This document shows, in pieces, positions 7,132 to 16,401 of a DNA stretch of 64,000 nucleotides. The notes below the pieces were generated by a model. The model made no database searches. It was not told the DNA's origin and saw only the letters and a program-made list of their open reading frames with translations. Made by a program: the position numbers and the translations under genes. How positions within the stretch are numbered: position 1 is the first letter of the stretch; the number at the start of each line of letters is the position of its first letter. This DNA comes from Acutalibacteraceae bacterium (GTDB lineage Bacteria; Bacillota; Clostridia; Oscillospirales; Acutalibacteraceae), in assembly GCA_051881695.1 (NCBI GenBank), contig JBJEQJ010000020.1, positions 185,853 through 249,852 on the forward strand, in the 5' to 3' direction.

Positions 7132-9726
7132 ATGAAGCTTTTGGTGCTTGACGGCAACAGTATATTAAACAGAGCGTTTTACGGTATTAAACTGCTCTCC
7201 ACAAAGGACGGCCAATATACAAACGCAATCTACGGTTTTTTGACAATGTTTAAAAAGATAAGCGAGGAAACCTCTCCTGACGGTGTTGCTGTTGCGTTTG
7301 ATATGAGAAAGCCGACATTCAGGCATTTAAAATACAGCGGTTACAAGGCACAGCGTAAGGGTATGCCGCCGGAGCTTGCACAGCAGCTGCCTATATTAAA
7401 GGAGCTTTTAGTATATCTCGGATATAAAATAGTAGAGTGTGAGGGCTACGAGGCGGACGACATTCTCGGAACGCTTGCCAAAAGGTGTGAAGAGGGCGGA
7501 AACGAATGTGTTATTGCAACCGGTGACAGAGACAGCCTGCAATTAGTATCTGACAATGTAACGGTAAGGCTTGCCGCCACCAAAATGGGCAGACCGCAGG
7601 TAACGCTTTATGACAAGGACAAGATTATGGAGGTTTACGGCGTTTCTCCGAAACAGCTTATAGAGATTAAGGCAATTCAGGGAGATACCTCCGACAATAT
7701 TCCGGGCGTTAAGGGAATAGGTGAAAAGGGCGCTTCCGACCTTATTAAGCGTTTTGAAAGCCTTGATAATATTTACGAAAAAATAGACGAAATAGATGTA
7801 AAGCCCGGCATAAGGGCAAAGCTGATTGCAGACAGGGAAAATGCATATTTAAGCCGATTTTTAGGTGAGATATGCACAGACGCACCGATAGACCTTGAGT
7901 TAAAAAGCTATATTCCCCAAAAAGTGGATAACGACAGCGCAGTGCGCCTTATGGCAAGGCTTGAGCTATTTTCTTTGATAGAGAAAATGGGGCTTAGAGA
8001 TACAGATACAGCGGTAACAGTACAAAAAAGCGAACAAAGTACTGCCGCCGTTACGTATTCTTCGGATTTTGAAGCTCTGTTAAGCGAGCTTTTGCAAAAC
8101 AAAAAAGCAGTATTTACGGCGGATATTAAGGATGGGAAAATTTCTTCTCTTGCGTTTTTAACAGGAGAGCGCATTGTCTGCGCTAAAGACGGTGAAGGCT
8201 TTGATAAGTTTTTAAAGCAGTTATTTGAAAGTGAAGAAATAATAAAGCAAACCCATAATATTAAGAGTGTGTATGCTGTGCTGGATAAAATGAATATACA
8301 GCTTAATGCTGTTGATTTTGATACTATGCTTGCGGCGTACCTTTTAAATCCGTCGGCTTCTTCATATGATATAAAAAGGCTTTGTGAGGAATATGCTGTA
8401 ATTGCACCTGTATGTGATGACGAAAATGCACAGGAATATGTTAAAAACGCCGCCGCACTTGGTGCTCTTACAGAAATGCTGTGTGCAAAGATTAAGGAAA
8501 ACAATCAGGAGGACTTGCTACGCAATATAGAAATTCCGCTTGCCGGTGTGCTTGCACAGATGGAAAACATCGGATTTATGGTTGACGCAGACGGCATAAG
8601 GGAATATGGAAAGGCTTTGTCACAGAAGCTTTATGAGCTTCAGGCGGAGATTTATGAAGAGGTAGGCTATGAGTTTAATATAAATTCACCTAAACAGCTT
8701 GGTGTTGCCCTGTTTGAAAAGCTGATGCTTCCGGCAGGCAAAAAGACAAAAAGCGGATATTCCACAAGCGCAGACGTATTAGAGGGACTTAGAAATGTGC
8801 ACCCTGCCGTTAATCACGTTTTGGAATACCGCGCGCTTTCAAAGCTTATTTCAACTTATTGTGACGGACTTTTAAAGGTAATAGCTGAGGACGGCAGAAT
8901 ACACACAAGCTTTAATCAGACGGAAACACGCACAGGGCGTATAAGCTCTACAGAGCCTAATCTGCAGAATATTCCCGTAAGAACACCGCAGGGAAGAGAG
9001 CTCAGAAGATTTTTCTGTGCGAAGCCCGGCTGTGTGCTGGTGGACGCAGATTACTCGCAGATTGAGCTGAGAGTTTTGGCGCACATAGCAAACGATGAGG
9101 CGATGATAAACGCCTTTAAAAACGGAGAGGACATACACACGATAACGGCGTCTCAGGTTTTTAATATTCCGCAGAATATGGTAACGCCTATTATGAGAAG
9201 CAGAGCGAAGGCTGTAAACTTCGGCATAGTGTACGGAATCGGCGCGTTTTCTCTAGCAAAGGATATATCCGTTACACGAAAAGAGGCGCAAAGCTATATA
9301 AATGCATATTTGAGCCACTACAGCGGAGTAGACGCTTATATGAACGCCGTTGTGGCGAAGGCGAAAAACGACGGCTATGTAGAAACAATGTACGGCAGAA
9401 GAAGATACTTGCCGGAGCTTACCTCCAGCAATTTCAATATGCGCTCATTTGGCGAGCGTGTTGCGCGCAATATGCCAATACAGGGAACGGCGGCAGATAT
9501 TATTAAAATTGCCATGATAAGGGTTGATAAACGCTTAAAGGAAGAAAAGCTTAATGCAAGACTTATTTTGCAGATACACGATGAGCTTATAGTTGAAGCG
9601 CCGCTTGACGAAGCAATGCGTGTTGCTATGCTTTTGCAGGAGGAAATGGAAAACGCTGTAAGCCTTAATGTGCCGCTTGTGGCAGAGGCGGCAATGGGTA
9701 CAACATGGTATGATGCAAAAGGGTAA
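7132..9726 (+). CDS. polA: DNA polymerase I
   Basis: 5'-nuclease N-terminus (LLVLDGNSILNRAFYG), polymerase motif A (DYSQIELRVLAH) and motif B/C region (RSRAKAVNFGIVYG, QIHDEL). ATG 7132 is preferred over TTG 7120, which lies 1 nt after the GGAG. Confidence 0.95.
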   Translation: MKLLVLDGNSILNRAFYGIKLLSTKDGQYTNAIYGFLTMFKKISEETSPDGVAVAFDMRKPTFRHLKYSGYKAQRKGMPPELAQQLPILKELLVYLGYKIVECEGYEADDILGTLAKRCEEGGNECVIATGDRDSLQLVSDNVTVRLAATKMGRPQVTLYDKDKIMEVYGVSPKQLIEIKAIQGDTSDNIPGVKGIGEKGASDLIKRFESLDNIYEKIDEIDVKPGIRAKLIADRENAYLSRFLGEICTDAPIDLELKSYIPQKVDNDSAVRLMARLELFSLIEKMGLRDTDTAVTVQKSEQSTAAVTYSSDFEALLSELLQNKKAVFTADIKDGKISSLAFLTGERIVCAKDGEGFDKFLKQLFESEEIIKQTHNIKSVYAVLDKMNIQLNAVDFDTMLAAYLLNPSASSYDIKRLCEEYAVIAPVCDDENAQEYVKNAAALGALTEMLCAKIKENNQEDLLRNIEIPLAGVLAQMENIGFMVDADGIREYGKALSQKLYELQAEIYEEVGYEFNINSPKQLGVALFEKLMLPAGKKTKSGYSTSADVLEGLRNVHPAVNHVLEYRALSKLISTYCDGLLKVIAEDGRIHTSFNQTETRTGRISSTEPNLQNIPVRTPQGRELRRFFCAKPGCVLVDADYSQIELRVLAHIANDEAMINAFKNGEDIHTITASQVFNIPQNMVTPIMRSRAKAVNFGIVYGIGAFSLAKDISVTRKEAQSYINAYLSHYSGVDAYMNAVVAKAKNDGYVETMYGRRRYLPELTSSNFNMRSFGERVARNMPIQGTAADIIKIAMIRVDKRLKEEKLNARLILQIHDELIVEAPLDEAMRVAMLLQEEMENAVSLNVPLVAEAAMGTTWYDAKG

Positions 9727-9783
9727 TCAGAAAGATTTTAGCGAAGAAAAAGACAGTAAATCTATAATAAAGGAAGATACAAA

Positions 9784-10224
9784 TTGATTAAAAAAATTAC
9801 ATTTGTCTGTACCGGTAACACCTGCAGAAGTCCTATGGCTAAGGCTGCATTTGACGAGATGATAAAAAAGACAGGACTTGATATTATCTCCGACAGCTGC
9901 GGACTTTCTGCCGCAAAAGGGGTGCAGGCTTCTGAAAACGCAGTGAAGGCGTGCGAAAAAATAGGTTTATACTCAATAAAAAATCATAAATCCAAGCCGA
10001 TAAATAATGATATTATTAAGGAAACAGACCTGTTTGCAGTTATGACAATGAGTCACGCTATGGCGCTTATAAATATGGGAGTAAAAAAAGAAAAAATATA
10101 TATTTTGAATATTGCAGACCCGTTTGGCGGCAATCCGGATGTATATGAAGGCTGTCTTGAGCAAATAAACGAGCAGCTTATTATACTTATTGAGCTTATA
10201 AAAAGACAGGAGAATAAGGCCTGA
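9784..10224 (+). CDS. Low-molecular-weight protein phosphatase (YwlE-like arginine/tyrosine phosphatase)
   Basis: CTGNTCRSPMA is the CX5R(S/T) P-loop, placed at the N-terminus of a 146 aa protein. TTG start with an AAGGAAG RBS. Confidence 0.8.
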   Translation: MIKKITFVCTGNTCRSPMAKAAFDEMIKKTGLDIISDSCGLSAAKGVQASENAVKACEKIGLYSIKNHKSKPINNDIIKETDLFAVMTMSHAMALINMGVKKEKIYILNIADPFGGNPDVYEGCLEQINEQLIILIELIKRQENKA

Positions 10225-10667
10225 TGGAGAATATACATATAGCTCCTATGGCTAAGGAGCATACAGCACAGCTTGCAGAGATTGAAAGGCTTTGTTTTTC
10301 AAAGCCGTGGAGCGAAAACGCACTTTTGCAGGAGCTTTCAAACAATGCCGCACATTTTCTTACGGCAGAAAATAACGGACAGGCAGTAGGGTATATAGGC
10401 CTGCACATTGTATGTGACGAGGCATATATAGCAAATTTGGCGGTGCATCCCGATTTTAGGCGAAAGGGCATTGCAAGACAGCTTTTGCAGACTGCCGAGG
10501 GCTTATCGCTTGGTATGGGATGCCGTTTTATTTCGCTTGAGGTGAGAAAAAGCAATAATGCCGCAATAAGCCTTTATAAATCAGAAGGCTTTAAAACTGC
10601 CGGCTACAGAAAGAATTTTTACTCTGACCCGAAGGAGGATGCGGCGATATTAACGCTGTTGTTTTAA
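10224..10667 (+). CDS. rimI: Ribosomal-protein-alanine N-acetyltransferase (GNAT)
   Basis: 147 aa GNAT with NLAVHPDFRRKGIARQLL. It sits immediately upstream of tsaD, as in the conserved t6A cluster. Confidence 0.8.
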   Translation: MENIHIAPMAKEHTAQLAEIERLCFSKPWSENALLQELSNNAAHFLTAENNGQAVGYIGLHIVCDEAYIANLAVHPDFRRKGIARQLLQTAEGLSLGMGCRFISLEVRKSNNAAISLYKSEGFKTAGYRKNFYSDPKEDAAILTLLF

Positions 10668-10733
10668 ATGAGCAATAGTGAAAGAGCGCTTTCTTCAGAT
10701 GTGTTTTACGAAAGGAAAATATGGTGATAATTA

Positions 10734-11753
10734 ATGAAGATTTTGGCGATAGAAAGCTCCTGCGATGAAACAGCCGCCGCAGTAGTGGAAGACGGAAGAA
10801 ATGTTTTGTCAAGCATAGTAGCCTCTCAGGTGGAGGAGCATAAGCTGTACGGCGGCGTAGTGCCGGAGATAGCCTCCCGCCGTCACGCAGAAAATATAGT
10901 AGGCGTTGTGGAGCAGGCGCTTTTGTCGGCAGACTGCACTATAAACGATATTGACGCCATTGCTGTTACGCACGCTCCGGGGCTTATCGGTGCGCTTTTG
11001 GTGGGAGTGAATTTTGCAAAGGGATTGTCGCTTTCAAGCGGACTGCCGGTTATTCCAACGCATCATCTGCGCTCACATATTGCGGCGAATTATTTAGAGC
11101 ACAAGGAGCTAAAGCCGCCGTTTTTATGTCTTGTTGTAAGCGGCGGACACAGCCACATTGTAAACGTAAAGGACTATACCGATATGGAAATTATCGGTGC
11201 AACCCGTGACGACGCCGCAGGCGAAGCATTTGACAAGGCGGCACGCACAATGGGTATGCCGTACCCCGGCGGTATTCACCTTGACAAAACGGCGCAAAAC
11301 GGCGACGAAAACGCATTTAAGCTTCCCAGGCCAAGGGTGGACGGCTGCCCTTACGATTTCAGCTTTTCCGGGCTTAAAACTGCGGTTATAAATTTAATAC
11401 ACAATGCAAAGCAAAAGGGCGAAGAGCTGCCTGTCGAGGATATAAGCGCAAGCTTTCGGAAAGCGGTGGTGGACTGCCTGGTACAAAACTTTATAAAGGC
11501 GGCTGAGGATCTAAACGAAAAAACGCTTGTCATAGCAGGCGGAGTGTCTGCAAATTCACTTTTGCGTTCAAGGCTTTCGGATGAGTGCAAAAAAAGAGGA
11601 TATTCACTTTATATGCCGCCGCTTAATTTATGCGGAGATAATGCGGCGATGGTCGGCGCACAGGCTTACTATGAATATTTAAACGGAAACACGGCTTCTC
11701 TTGATTTAAACGCACAGGCAACCCTGCCGATTGATTATTCTACTCAAAAATAA
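10734..11753 (+). CDS. tsaD: tRNA N6-adenosine threonylcarbamoyltransferase
   Basis: MKILAIESSCDETAAAVV, GGVVPEIASRRH and VSGGHSH are Kae1/TsaD signatures. Confidence 0.93.
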   Translation: MKILAIESSCDETAAAVVEDGRNVLSSIVASQVEEHKLYGGVVPEIASRRHAENIVGVVEQALLSADCTINDIDAIAVTHAPGLIGALLVGVNFAKGLSLSSGLPVIPTHHLRSHIAANYLEHKELKPPFLCLVVSGGHSHIVNVKDYTDMEIIGATRDDAAGEAFDKAARTMGMPYPGGIHLDKTAQNGDENAFKLPRPRVDGCPYDFSFSGLKTAVINLIHNAKQKGEELPVEDISASFRKAVVDCLVQNFIKAAEDLNEKTLVIAGGVSANSLLRSRLSDECKKRGYSLYMPPLNLCGDNAAMVGAQAYYEYLNGNTASLDLNAQATLPIDYSTQK

Positions 11754-11876
11754 TGTTCAAAGCGTGGCAGGGATTCCTTGCGCAAGGTTCAGAAAAATAT
11801 GGCTTTCGCTTTAAGCGAATAATAGACAAGGCGGCTCTAAAAATAAGCTTGTAAAAACAATTTGGAGTAGATAAAA

Positions 11877-12443
11877 ATGACGGAAAACAAGCTTATTAAA
11901 TACTGTTCGCCTACTCTTGCGGGGCTTAAAACTGCAAATTTATATACAGAACGCTTTGATAATACAGCACAGCTTAATGATTATATTTATATCTGGAACA
12001 AACGTCTTAACTGCAAGGGAGTAAGCTTAGATGCTCTCAGGGTTAAAAATAATTCTGCGCTTATTTATGTATGCAGAAAGCAAAGGCTTAATGCAGACCT
12101 GCAAAAACAGGGTGTATGCGAATTTTTACGGGAGTTTGGTTATGACAGCGCTTTAACGGCGGAAAAGACAATACAGAATTTAAAGCGCAGGCTTATGTGC
12201 AATAAGAATTTTCCGCACGAAATAGGACTTTTTCTCGGCTACCCTTTGTGTGATGTAAAGGCGTTTATTGAAAATAAAGGAAAGAATAGCAAATTTAACG
12301 GCGTATGGAAGGTATATTCTGATGTGCAGCAGGCAAGAAGAACATTTGAAGGATTTAAGAAATGCAGAAATATTTATGCTGAACAATATAAAACGGGTAA
12401 GAGCGTTGTCCAGCTTACAGCAAACAGTAGCGGAGTAAAATAA
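11877..12443 (+). CDS. DUF3793-family protein
   Basis: 188 aa. The N-terminal CSPTLAGLKTANLY and the later HEIGLFLGYP motifs are as remembered for DUF3793. Function is unknown. Confidence 0.55.
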   Translation: MTENKLIKYCSPTLAGLKTANLYTERFDNTAQLNDYIYIWNKRLNCKGVSLDALRVKNNSALIYVCRKQRLNADLQKQGVCEFLREFGYDSALTAEKTIQNLKRRLMCNKNFPHEIGLFLGYPLCDVKAFIENKGKNSKFNGVWKVYSDVQQARRTFEGFKKCRNIYAEQYKTGKSVVQLTANSSGVK

Positions 12444-12544
12444 AAATTAGAAAAAGTATTGACAGTGTGGTTAGTTAATGCTAATCTATTATTAGTTAGT
12501 GATGACCAACTAACTTTAAGACTATTTCTGTTAAGGGCGGCGGA

Positions 12545-12580
12545 GCAAAACGCAGGCGGTAAAATCCGTCTGCGTTTTGC
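12545..12580. terminator. Bidirectional hairpin between convergent DUF3793 gene and thiD
   Basis: GCAAAACGCAGGCGG / CCGTCTGCGTTTTGC forms a roughly 14 bp stem with one mismatch. The U-tracts are weak on both strands. Confidence 0.5.
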
Positions 12581-12581
12581 G

Positions 12582-13364
12582 TTATATATTATAGTTATGC
12601 AAAAGAGGTCCTTTGCCTTTACCTAAATTCAGCTGTGCTTTTAATGCACCTGTAAGGTATTCCTTTGCAAGCTTAACGCTTTGCGGAAGCGTTAAGCCGT
12701 TTGCCATATTGCACGCAACAGCAGAGGAAAGCGTACAGCCTGTTCCGTGCGTGTTTTCGTTATTTACAAGCTCTGTCTTAAAAAGGTGAGTATTGCCGTT
12801 TTCATACAGCAGGTCGGCAGTGTTTTCTTTTAGGTGACCGCCCTTTATAAGAACAGCGGTGTTGATTTTTTTGCTTAGTATTTCTGCAGCAGTATGCATA
12901 TCGCTTTCGTTTTTTATTGCTATACCGCTTAATACTTCTGCCTCCGGAACATTTGGAGTGATAACGTTTGCAAGCGGTAAAAGCTCTGCCACAAGCGTTT
13001 TTTCTGCCTCCTCTGTAATAAGCCTGCATCCGCTTGTAGATACCATCACAGGGTCGATAACAATATTTTTTGCATTAAATTGCACAAGCTTTTTTGCAAT
13101 GACCTTGATTATTTCTGCATTTGAAACCATACCGATTTTAACAGCGTCAGGGAAAATATCGTTAAATACACAGTCCAGCTGGCTTTGGACAAACGCAGGG
13201 GTAACATCGTAAATTCCGTAAACGCCCGTAGTGTTTTGAGCAGTTAAAGAGGTTATAACGCTCATAGCGTACATTTTGTGGACGGTAATTGTCTTTATAT
13301 CTGCCTGTATTCCTGCGCCTCCGGAGCAGTCAGATCCGGCTATTGTAAGCACCTTTTTAATCAA
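12582..13364 (-). CDS. thiD: Hydroxymethylpyrimidine/phosphomethylpyrimidine kinase
   Basis: VLTIAGSDCSGGAGIQADIKT and the C-terminal GTGCTLSSA motif. A TTG start at 13364 (GAGGG RBS) overlaps the HAD gene stop. The alternative is ATG 13394. Confidence 0.9.
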   Translation of the reverse strand: MIKKVLTIAGSDCSGGAGIQADIKTITVHKMYAMSVITSLTAQNTTGVYGIYDVTPAFVQSQLDCVFNDIFPDAVKIGMVSNAEIIKVIAKKLVQFNAKNIVIDPVMVSTSGCRLITEEAEKTLVAELLPLANVITPNVPEAEVLSGIAIKNESDMHTAAEILSKKINTAVLIKGGHLKENTADLLYENGNTHLFKTELVNNENTHGTGCTLSSAVACNMANGLTLPQSVKLAKEYLTGALKAQLNLGKGKGPLLHNYNI

Positions 13365-14007
13365 AATAATCCCTCGCTTGTTCAAAGCTTTCAATGTATA
13401 TATCGCAAAGCGCCTTTAGCTGCTGCTGATGGTCCTTTGAGCTGTTATCGTAAACTCCTACCACGTTAAATCCGGCTTCCTTTGCAGTTTTTGCCGCATA
13501 AAGGGCGTCCTCAAAAACATACGTGTATTCCCTTTTTGTGTTTAAAATTTTGAGTGCGGCTTTGTAAATTGCCGGGTTGTCCTTGCTGCAGCCTATTTCA
13601 TAGCAGGTAAGAATTTTATTGAAATAGGGAAGAAGCCCGCAGCGCTTAAGCGCAAGCCGTGACAGCTTATAATCTGTTAAGGTTGCAATACACATTTTAA
13701 CGCCCCTTGCACTCATTTGCTCTAAAAACTCCTTTACGCCGGGCTTTGGCTGTGCTTCGTTTATATAAAAATCTGCAATAAGCATATTTATACCGTCTAT
13801 TACCTCTTGCGGCGTTTTTTCAAGACCGTAACGGGAGATTAAGTACTGCGCCCCCTGAGCAAGGCTTTTTGTGCGGAGAATATCGTTTAAATCAGGCTCG
13901 GGAGTTTTACCGAGAGATAAAAGATAATTTGCGCCGCTGCCGCGCCATATGTGCATAGAGTCTAAAAGCGTACCGTCCATATCAAAGATTATTCCGTCAA
14001 CTCTCAT
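13357..14007 (-). CDS. HAD-superfamily hydrolase embedded in the thiamine operon
   Basis: HAD motif I is present (IIFDMDGTLLDS) and the length is 216 aa. It overlaps thiE (4 nt) and thiD, so it is translationally coupled. Confidence 0.75.
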   Translation of the reverse strand: MRVDGIIFDMDGTLLDSMHIWRGSGANYLLSLGKTPEPDLNDILRTKSLAQGAQYLISRYGLEKTPQEVIDGINMLIADFYINEAQPKPGVKEFLEQMSARGVKMCIATLTDYKLSRLALKRCGLLPYFNKILTCYEIGCSKDNPAIYKAALKILNTKREYTYVFEDALYAAKTAKEAGFNVVGVYDNSSKDHQQQLKALCDIYIESFEQARDYFD

Positions 14008-14645
14008 AATGCCACCGCTTTTTTACATTCATTTAAAAGTAATTTACATTCTTCCGTTATATTTTCGCTTGCAAATATGCCGGAAACTACCGCCGCACCG
14101 CTTATGCCTGTGCCGCAAAGCATATTTATATTATTTCTATTAATGCCGCCTATTGCAACGACAGGTATGCTTACAGCGCTGCATATTTCTTTAAGTGTGC
14201 TTTGAGAAAGGGGCATGGCGTCTGCTTTTGTAGAAGTGCCGAAAACTGCGCCTACGCCGAGATAATCAGCACCGTCTGCCTGTGCCTTTACTGCAAGCTG
14301 AACGGTTCTTGCTGATACGCCTATTATCATATTGTTTCCTGCAATTATGCGAGCATCTTTTGCACTCATATCACCCTGCCCGACGTGAACGCCGTCTGCT
14401 TTGCATTTAACGGCAATTTCCACGTCATCATTAATAATAAGCGGTACGTTATATTTACTGCAAAGCTCCTTAACTGCGAACGCTTCGTTTAAAAACTCCT
14501 CTTTAGAAAGCCTTTTTTCACGAAGCTGAACACAGGTAACACCGCCCCTAAGCGCCATTTCTATCTGCTGTAAAAGCGTGTTGTCGCCAAGCCAGGAACG
14601 GTCCGTAACGGCGTATAAAAGCAGATGCTCTTTTTTTAGCTTCAT
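14004..14645 (-). CDS. thiE: Thiamine-phosphate synthase
   Basis: 213 aa with LYAVTDR, VQLREK and IGVSARTV...GADYLGVGAVFGTSTK motifs. Confidence 0.9.
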   Translation of the reverse strand: MKLKKEHLLLYAVTDRSWLGDNTLLQQIEMALRGGVTCVQLREKRLSKEEFLNEAFAVKELCSKYNVPLIINDDVEIAVKCKADGVHVGQGDMSAKDARIIAGNNMIIGVSARTVQLAVKAQADGADYLGVGAVFGTSTKADAMPLSQSTLKEICSAVSIPVVAIGGINRNNINMLCGTGISGAAVVSGIFASENITEECKLLLNECKKAVAL

Positions 14646-14675
14646 AATATTTAACCTCGTTTATCGGAGTATGAA

Positions 14676-15983
14676 TTATTCATCAAATATAGAGATATTC
14701 TCTCCGTCTAAAATTCTGTTCATATTTTTAACTGCACAGAAATTTCCGCACATACTGCAGGTGTCTTCCTTTTCGGGTTTTGACTCTTCTCTGTAGCGCC
14801 TTGCCTTTTCGGGGTCTATGGCAAGCGAGAACATCTTTTCCCAGTCCAGTTTTTTGCGTGCAAGGCTCATTTCGTTGTCTATATCCATTGCGTGCGGTAC
14901 ACCCTTTGCTATGTCTGCGCTGTGGGCGGCGATTTTTGCGGCGATAATGCCTTCTTTAACGTCGTTTACATCGGGCAGACGCAGATGCTCGGCAGGTGTT
15001 ACATAGCAAAGGAAGGAAGCGCCGTATGTAGCCGCCAATGCTCCGCCGATTGCAGAGGTTATGTGGTCGTAGCCGGGTGCAATATCTGTAACAAGAGGAC
15101 CGAGAACATAAAACGGAGCGCCGTGGCAGAGAGTTTTCTGTATTTCCATATTAGCCGCTATCTGGTTTATCGGCATATGGCCGGGGCCTTCTATCATAAC
15201 CTGAACGTCCTTTTCCCACGCACGCTTTGTAAGCTCACCGAGGGTTATAAGCTCTTCAATCTGAGAAGCGTCCGTTGCGTCCTTTAAGCATCCGGGACGG
15301 CAGGCGTCGCCTAAACTGAGAGTAATATCGTATTCTCTGCAAATTTCAAGTATCTCGTCATAATGCTCGTAAAACGGATTTTCCTCGCCGGTCATTTCCA
15401 TCCACGCAAAAATAATTGAGCCGCCGCGGGATACAATGTTTGTTAAACGTCTGTTCTTTTTAAATTTATGAGCAGTTTCTTTATTTATTCCGCAGTGGAT
15501 TGTCATAAAGTCAACGCCGTCTTCTGCGTGCATTTTTACAATATCAATCCATTCTCTGGAGGTGATGGTTTTAAGCGCCTTGTGGTAATATACAACTGCG
15601 TCGTAAATCGGTACTGTTCCTATCATAGCAGGACATTCAGAGGTCAGCTTTCTTCTGAATTTGCGCGTATCGCCCCAGGAGCTTAAATCCATAATAGCCT
15701 CTGCGCCCATATCAACGGCGCTTTTAACCTTTTGATATTCAACGTCTAAATCCTTGCTGTCCCTGGAGGTGCCTAAATTTACGTTGATTTTAGTTTTAAG
15801 CATTGTACCCAGAGCGTTAGGCTCTATACATTTATGAAGCTTGTTGCAAGGGATAATTACCTTTCCCTGAGCCATAAGCTCCATAAGCTTTTCGGGAGCA
15901 ATATGCTCCTTTTCGCTTACTGCCTTCATTTCTTTTGTAAATATGCCCTTTCTTGCGGCGTCCATTTGTGTTGTGTATTCCAT
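14676..15983 (-). CDS. thiC: Phosphomethylpyrimidine synthase (radical SAM)
   Basis: 435 aa with [13 protein letters not shown] and the C-terminal CSMCGNFCA cluster motif. Confidence 0.93.
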   Translation of the reverse strand: MEYTTQMDAARKGIFTKEMKAVSEKEHIAPEKLMELMAQGKVIIPCNKLHKCIEPNALGTMLKTKINVNLGTSRDSKDLDVEYQKVKSAVDMGAEAIMDLSSWGDTRKFRRKLTSECPAMIGTVPIYDAVVYYHKALKTITSREWIDIVKMHAEDGVDFMTIHCGINKETAHKFKKNRRLTNIVSRGGSIIFAWMEMTGEENPFYEHYDEILEICREYDITLSLGDACRPGCLKDATDASQIEELITLGELTKRAWEKDVQVMIEGPGHMPINQIAANMEIQKTLCHGAPFYVLGPLVTDIAPGYDHITSAIGGALAATYGASFLCYVTPAEHLRLPDVNDVKEGIIAAKIAAHSADIAKGVPHAMDIDNEMSLARKKLDWEKMFSLAIDPEKARRYREESKPEKEDTCSMCGNFCAVKNMNRILDGENISIFDE

Positions 15984-16210
15984 AGTAACATCCTTTCCTT
16001 AAGATATTGTTTGTTTATTTAAAGTATTTCTTTGAAATGATAAAAAAGTTTCGGCGGATATTCCCTTTAATAAGCTGAAAATGAATTCCACCACCGCCCT
16101 GCACATCTTTCCCTTTAACAAGGGAGGCCGGAGAATAACGCTTGAAACGGCTGCTTTTGTTTATCTGCAAACCCTTAATTTACCCTATAGGAATAGATAA
16201 TTGAATAAAT

Positions 16211-16253
16211 CTTTTTAAAAACAAAAGGTATACATCGTTTTGTATACCTTTTT
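16211..16253 (-). terminator. Riboswitch expression-platform terminator
   Basis: AAGGTATACA (16225-16234) pairs with TGTATACCTT (16241-16250). On the minus strand the stem is followed by TTGTTTTTAAAAAG. Confidence 0.7.
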
Positions 16254-16257
16254 ATAT

Positions 16258-16345
16258 ATAATTCCTACGTTGGCATTATCCAAATCAGGTATAAGGGTCG
16301 AAGCTAAAAATCTTCCTCTCAGCCTGTTCACAAGCTCCCCGAATA
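16258..16345 (-). promoter_or_regulatory. TPP (THI-box) riboswitch
   Basis: The minus strand reads GGGGAGC...GGCTGAGAGG...GACCCTTATACCTGATTTGGATAATGCCAACGTAGGAA. This carries the conserved CUGAGA and ACCUGAUCUGGAUAAUGCCAGCG-type cores. Confidence 0.88.
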
Positions 16346-16350
16346 TTCAA

Positions 16351-16395
16351 ATTATAATCTGTAATTATCGTATCATTCAGGGCGGATTTTGTCAA
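16351..16395 (-). promoter_or_regulatory. Candidate promoter of the thi operon
   Basis: On the minus strand, TTGACA (16395-16390), 17 nt, then TACGAT. An alternative TATAAT (16356-16351) sits right before the aptamer. Confidence 0.4.
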
Positions 16396-16401
16396 TAAAA
16401 T

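Noticed and set aside
7908-8504. Long antisense 'shadow' ORFs inside real genes, for example 7908-8504, 17068-17595, 17863-18435, 24180-24716, 27193-27765, 28510-29073, 31169-31642, 33150-33572, 48946-49413 and 61511-61960
   Set aside because: Each lies fully opposite a gene with strong family signatures. The translations are low-complexity or Ser/Leu/Cys-rich without motifs. This is typical of frame shadows.
10010-10046. Partial match to the MITE terminus (TTAAGGAAACA...CTGTTTGCA) inside the phosphatase gene
   Set aside because: Only about 11 contiguous nt match, and they are in frame with ordinary coding sequence (DIIKETDLFAV). This is judged coincidental.
9784-11753. Absence of tsaE/tsaB next to rimI-tsaD, with a LMW phosphatase in their place, as something unusual
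   Set aside because: Gene order in the t6A cluster varies among Firmicutes, and tsaB/tsaE may lie elsewhere. This is not distinctive enough to flag from one window.
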